Positions 41,795-44,269 of a stretch of DNA of 44,269 nt are shown one piece after another; the first letter of the stretch is position 1, and each line of letters starts with the position of its first letter. The position numbers and the translations under genes were made by a program. The stretch comes from a virus. Where the stretch lies: IMG/VR virus record IMGVR_UViG_3300032204_000007. One strand, given 5' to 3'. Under the pieces are notes generated by a model. It was not told where the DNA came from and ran no database searches. It saw nothing but the letters and a program-made list of their open reading frames with translations.

Positions 41795-43548
41795 TCCGCG
41801 ACCAGTTCCTGCTCGACATCCAGCATGAGCTGATCGTCGATAACTTCGCTGGAGGCGGCGGTGCGAGCTGCGGCATTGAGCTTGCCCTTGGCCGTCACGT
41901 CGACCACGCGATCAACCACGACCCTGAAGCCGTGGCGATGCATGCCATGAACCACCCGCAGACCGAGCACCACTGCGAATCGGTCTGGGACGTGAAGCCG
42001 CTCGAGTTGACCGGCGGGCGGCCCGTGGGGCTCGCATGGTTCTCGCCCGACTGCAAGCACTTCAGCAAAGCTAAGGGTGGCAAGCCGCGCGACAAGAAAA
42101 TCCGTGGGCTTGCCTGGGTGGCGATGCGCTGGGCGGCAGTGGTGCGCCCGCGCGTCATCATTCTGGAAAACGTCGAGGAGTTTCAGACGTGGGGGCCGGT
42201 TCTGGCCGATGGCACGCCGTGCCCAAAGCGTAAGGGCGACACGTTCCGTTCGTTCGTGCGCCAACTGCAGGAAAAGGGCTACGCCGTAGAGTGGCGCGAG
42301 TTGCGCGCCTGCGATTTCGGCGCGCCGACCATCCGCAAGCGCCTGTTCCTGATCGCACGGTGCGACGGCAAGCCGATCGTGTGGCCGGAGCCCACGCACG
42401 GCGCGCCTGGTAGCGCGGGCGTGCTGGCGAAGCGCCTGAAACCGTGGCGCACAGCCGCGGAGTGCATCGACTGGACGATCGCATGTCCGTCGATCTTTGA
42501 TCGGAAGCGCTGGAGCAAGAGCAAAAAGGCATGGGTACCTGCTCCGCCACTCGCTGAGGCCACCCAGCGACGCATCGCGCGCGGTCTGCGTCGATATGTC
42601 ATTGATGCGGCAAAGCCCTTCGTTGTGACGCTGTCCCACGGCGAGGGAAAGCCGGGCGCGTCAAAGCGCTGGGGATCGGGCGCCAGGAGCATCGATGATC
42701 CGTTTCAAACTGTCACGGCGAACAGCTCGTATGCCGTTGTGACGCCGCATCTGACGAAGTTCCGGACCGGTTCGACCGGCTCGGACCTTCGAGATCCTGT
42801 ACCCACCATCACTGCCGGCCCGAAAGAAAACCCCGCCGGCGCACCGCACGCGCTTGGATTAATCATGCCTACGCTGGTGCAGACCGGATATGGCGAGCGT
42901 CCGGGCCAAGCCCCGCGCGCGCCAGGATTGGATAAGCCGCTGGGCACGGTCGTCGCAGGCGGCGCAAAGCACGCGCTCGTGCCTGCTTTCCTTGCCAAGC
43001 ACTACGGCGGAAACTACGAAGGCCCCGGCGTTAGCCTGACAGACCCGGCGAGCACCATTACGACGACGGACCATCATGCGTTGGTGTCCTCGCACATGGT
43101 GAAGATGTACGGCACCACGACGGGGAGCGAAGCTGCTGCGCCTATGCCGACGGTCACCTCTGGCGGCAACCATATCGGCGAGGTCCGCGCCTTCCTCGTG
43201 AAGTACTACAGCGAGGGCGGCCAGGATCAGGACTGCCGCGACCCGATGCACACCATCCCCACAAAAGACCGACTGGGCCTCGTGACGGTTGCCGGCGAGC
43301 AGTATCAGATCGCAGACATCGGCATGCGCATGCTCGAGCCGCACGAGCTCTATGCCGCGCAAGGCTTCCCTTCGTCGTACGTGATCGCACCCGTCATCAA
43401 CGGCCGGCGCCTGCCCAAGCACGCCCAGGTGCGTATGTGCGGCAACAGCGTGAGCCCGCCCATGGCTGCGGCACTCGTCCGCGCCAACGTTCCGGAGATG
43501 GCGAGTTGGTCGACCGCAGAAGCCCGGCATATGGGGGTGGCGGCATGA
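41791..43548 (+). CDS. DNA (cytosine-5)-methyltransferase with an expanded, iterated target-recognition region
   Basis: The motifs are I DNFAGGGG, IV SPDCKHFS, VI ILENVEEF, VIII GAPTIRKRLFLIA, IX RMLEPHELYAAQGFP and X CGNSVSPPMA. About 300 aa separate motifs VIII and IX. Confidence 0.9.
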   Translation: MIRDQFLLDIQHELIVDNFAGGGGASCGIELALGRHVDHAINHDPEAVAMHAMNHPQTEHHCESVWDVKPLELTGGRPVGLAWFSPDCKHFSKAKGGKPRDKKIRGLAWVAMRWAAVVRPRVIILENVEEFQTWGPVLADGTPCPKRKGDTFRSFVRQLQEKGYAVEWRELRACDFGAPTIRKRLFLIARCDGKPIVWPEPTHGAPGSAGVLAKRLKPWRTAAECIDWTIACPSIFDRKRWSKSKKAWVPAPPLAEATQRRIARGLRRYVIDAAKPFVVTLSHGEGKPGASKRWGSGARSIDDPFQTVTANSSYAVVTPHLTKFRTGSTGSDLRDPVPTITAGPKENPAGAPHALGLIMPTLVQTGYGERPGQAPRAPGLDKPLGTVVAGGAKHALVPAFLAKHYGGNYEGPGVSLTDPASTITTTDHHALVSSHMVKMYGTTTGSEAAAPMPTVTSGGNHIGEVRAFLVKYYSEGGQDQDCRDPMHTIPTKDRLGLVTVAGEQYQIADIGMRMLEPHELYAAQGFPSSYVIAPVINGRRLPKHAQVRMCGNSVSPPMAAALVRANVPEMASWSTAEARHMGVAA

Positions 43549-43728
43549 CTCGCTGGACAACCACCGAACTCGCAACGCTCGTGCGTGAGAGCCCGAAGGC
43601 GGAGCGCGTCGAGTTGCTCGGCAAGCTGATTCCGGGGCACACGCTCGCAGGCATCCGTGCAAAGGCTCGTCGTTGTGGCCTGGAACTCCCGCGACGCGGA
43701 AAGACCGTGGTCATGCAGGAGGCCGGCC

Positions 43729-43736
<8 letters not shown>
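43545..43736 (+). CDS. small Myb/SANT-like helix-turn-helix protein
   Basis: Internal ATG overlapping the methyltransferase stop (ATGA). The sequence starts MTRWTTTELATLV... Confidence 0.4.

Positions 43737-44269
<533 letters not shown>

Overview
The window looks like a complete, circularly permuted genome (about 44.2 kb) of a high-GC temperate phage with a contractile tail, in its excised form. Both contig ends carry the same 54-nt (AGGAGC)x9 repeat, and one replication-initiator ORF reads in frame across that junction. An attP-like tRNA-Lys 3' fragment sits beside the integrase.

Gene layout:
- Plus strand, 496-2911: replication and recombination accessory genes, including a RuvC-like resolvase.
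- Plus strand, 2998-24411: a late morphogenesis block in canonical order. It runs terS, terL, DUF1073-type portal, Mu-F-like head morphogenesis, DUF2213-like scaffold, major capsid, connectors, sheath, tube, chaperone, tape measure with a peptidoglycan hydrolase domain, baseplate gpV/W/J/I analogues, tail fibre.
- Plus strand, 24491-25534: a lower-GC SAM-methyltransferase moron with its own terminator.
- Plus strand, 25901-27486: a lysis cassette with a membrane protein, a putative pinholin, a SAR endolysin, and Rz with embedded Rz1.
- Minus strand, 27737-39225: int, an xis-like gene and a long early-left operon with RecT, a PD-(D/E)XK nuclease, KTSC, small membrane proteins and a secreted Q/N/G-rich protein.
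- 39397-41794: the immunity region, with a LexA-like cI repressor plus a co-transcribed secreted OB-fold protein, GTTGTAG/CTACAAC operators, cro and a cII-like gene.
- 41791-43548: a large C5 cytosine methyltransferase with iterated TRD-like modules.

The most notable element is a diversity-generating retroelement on the minus strand (30352-33006). It has a DGR-type reverse transcriptase, an Avd-like four-helix protein, a 92-nt template repeat rich in AAC codons, and two variable repeats. The variable repeats lie at the 3' ends of two adjacent small genes that lack signal peptides and resemble the DUF1566/C-type-lectin class. Almost all TR/VR mismatches fall on TR adenines. The cassette lies in the early/lysogeny arm rather than in the tail-fibre locus, and it is tightly coupled to DUF4031 and DUF5131 (Gp37/Gp68) genes.

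All family names come from my recognition of motifs and have not been checked by database searches.
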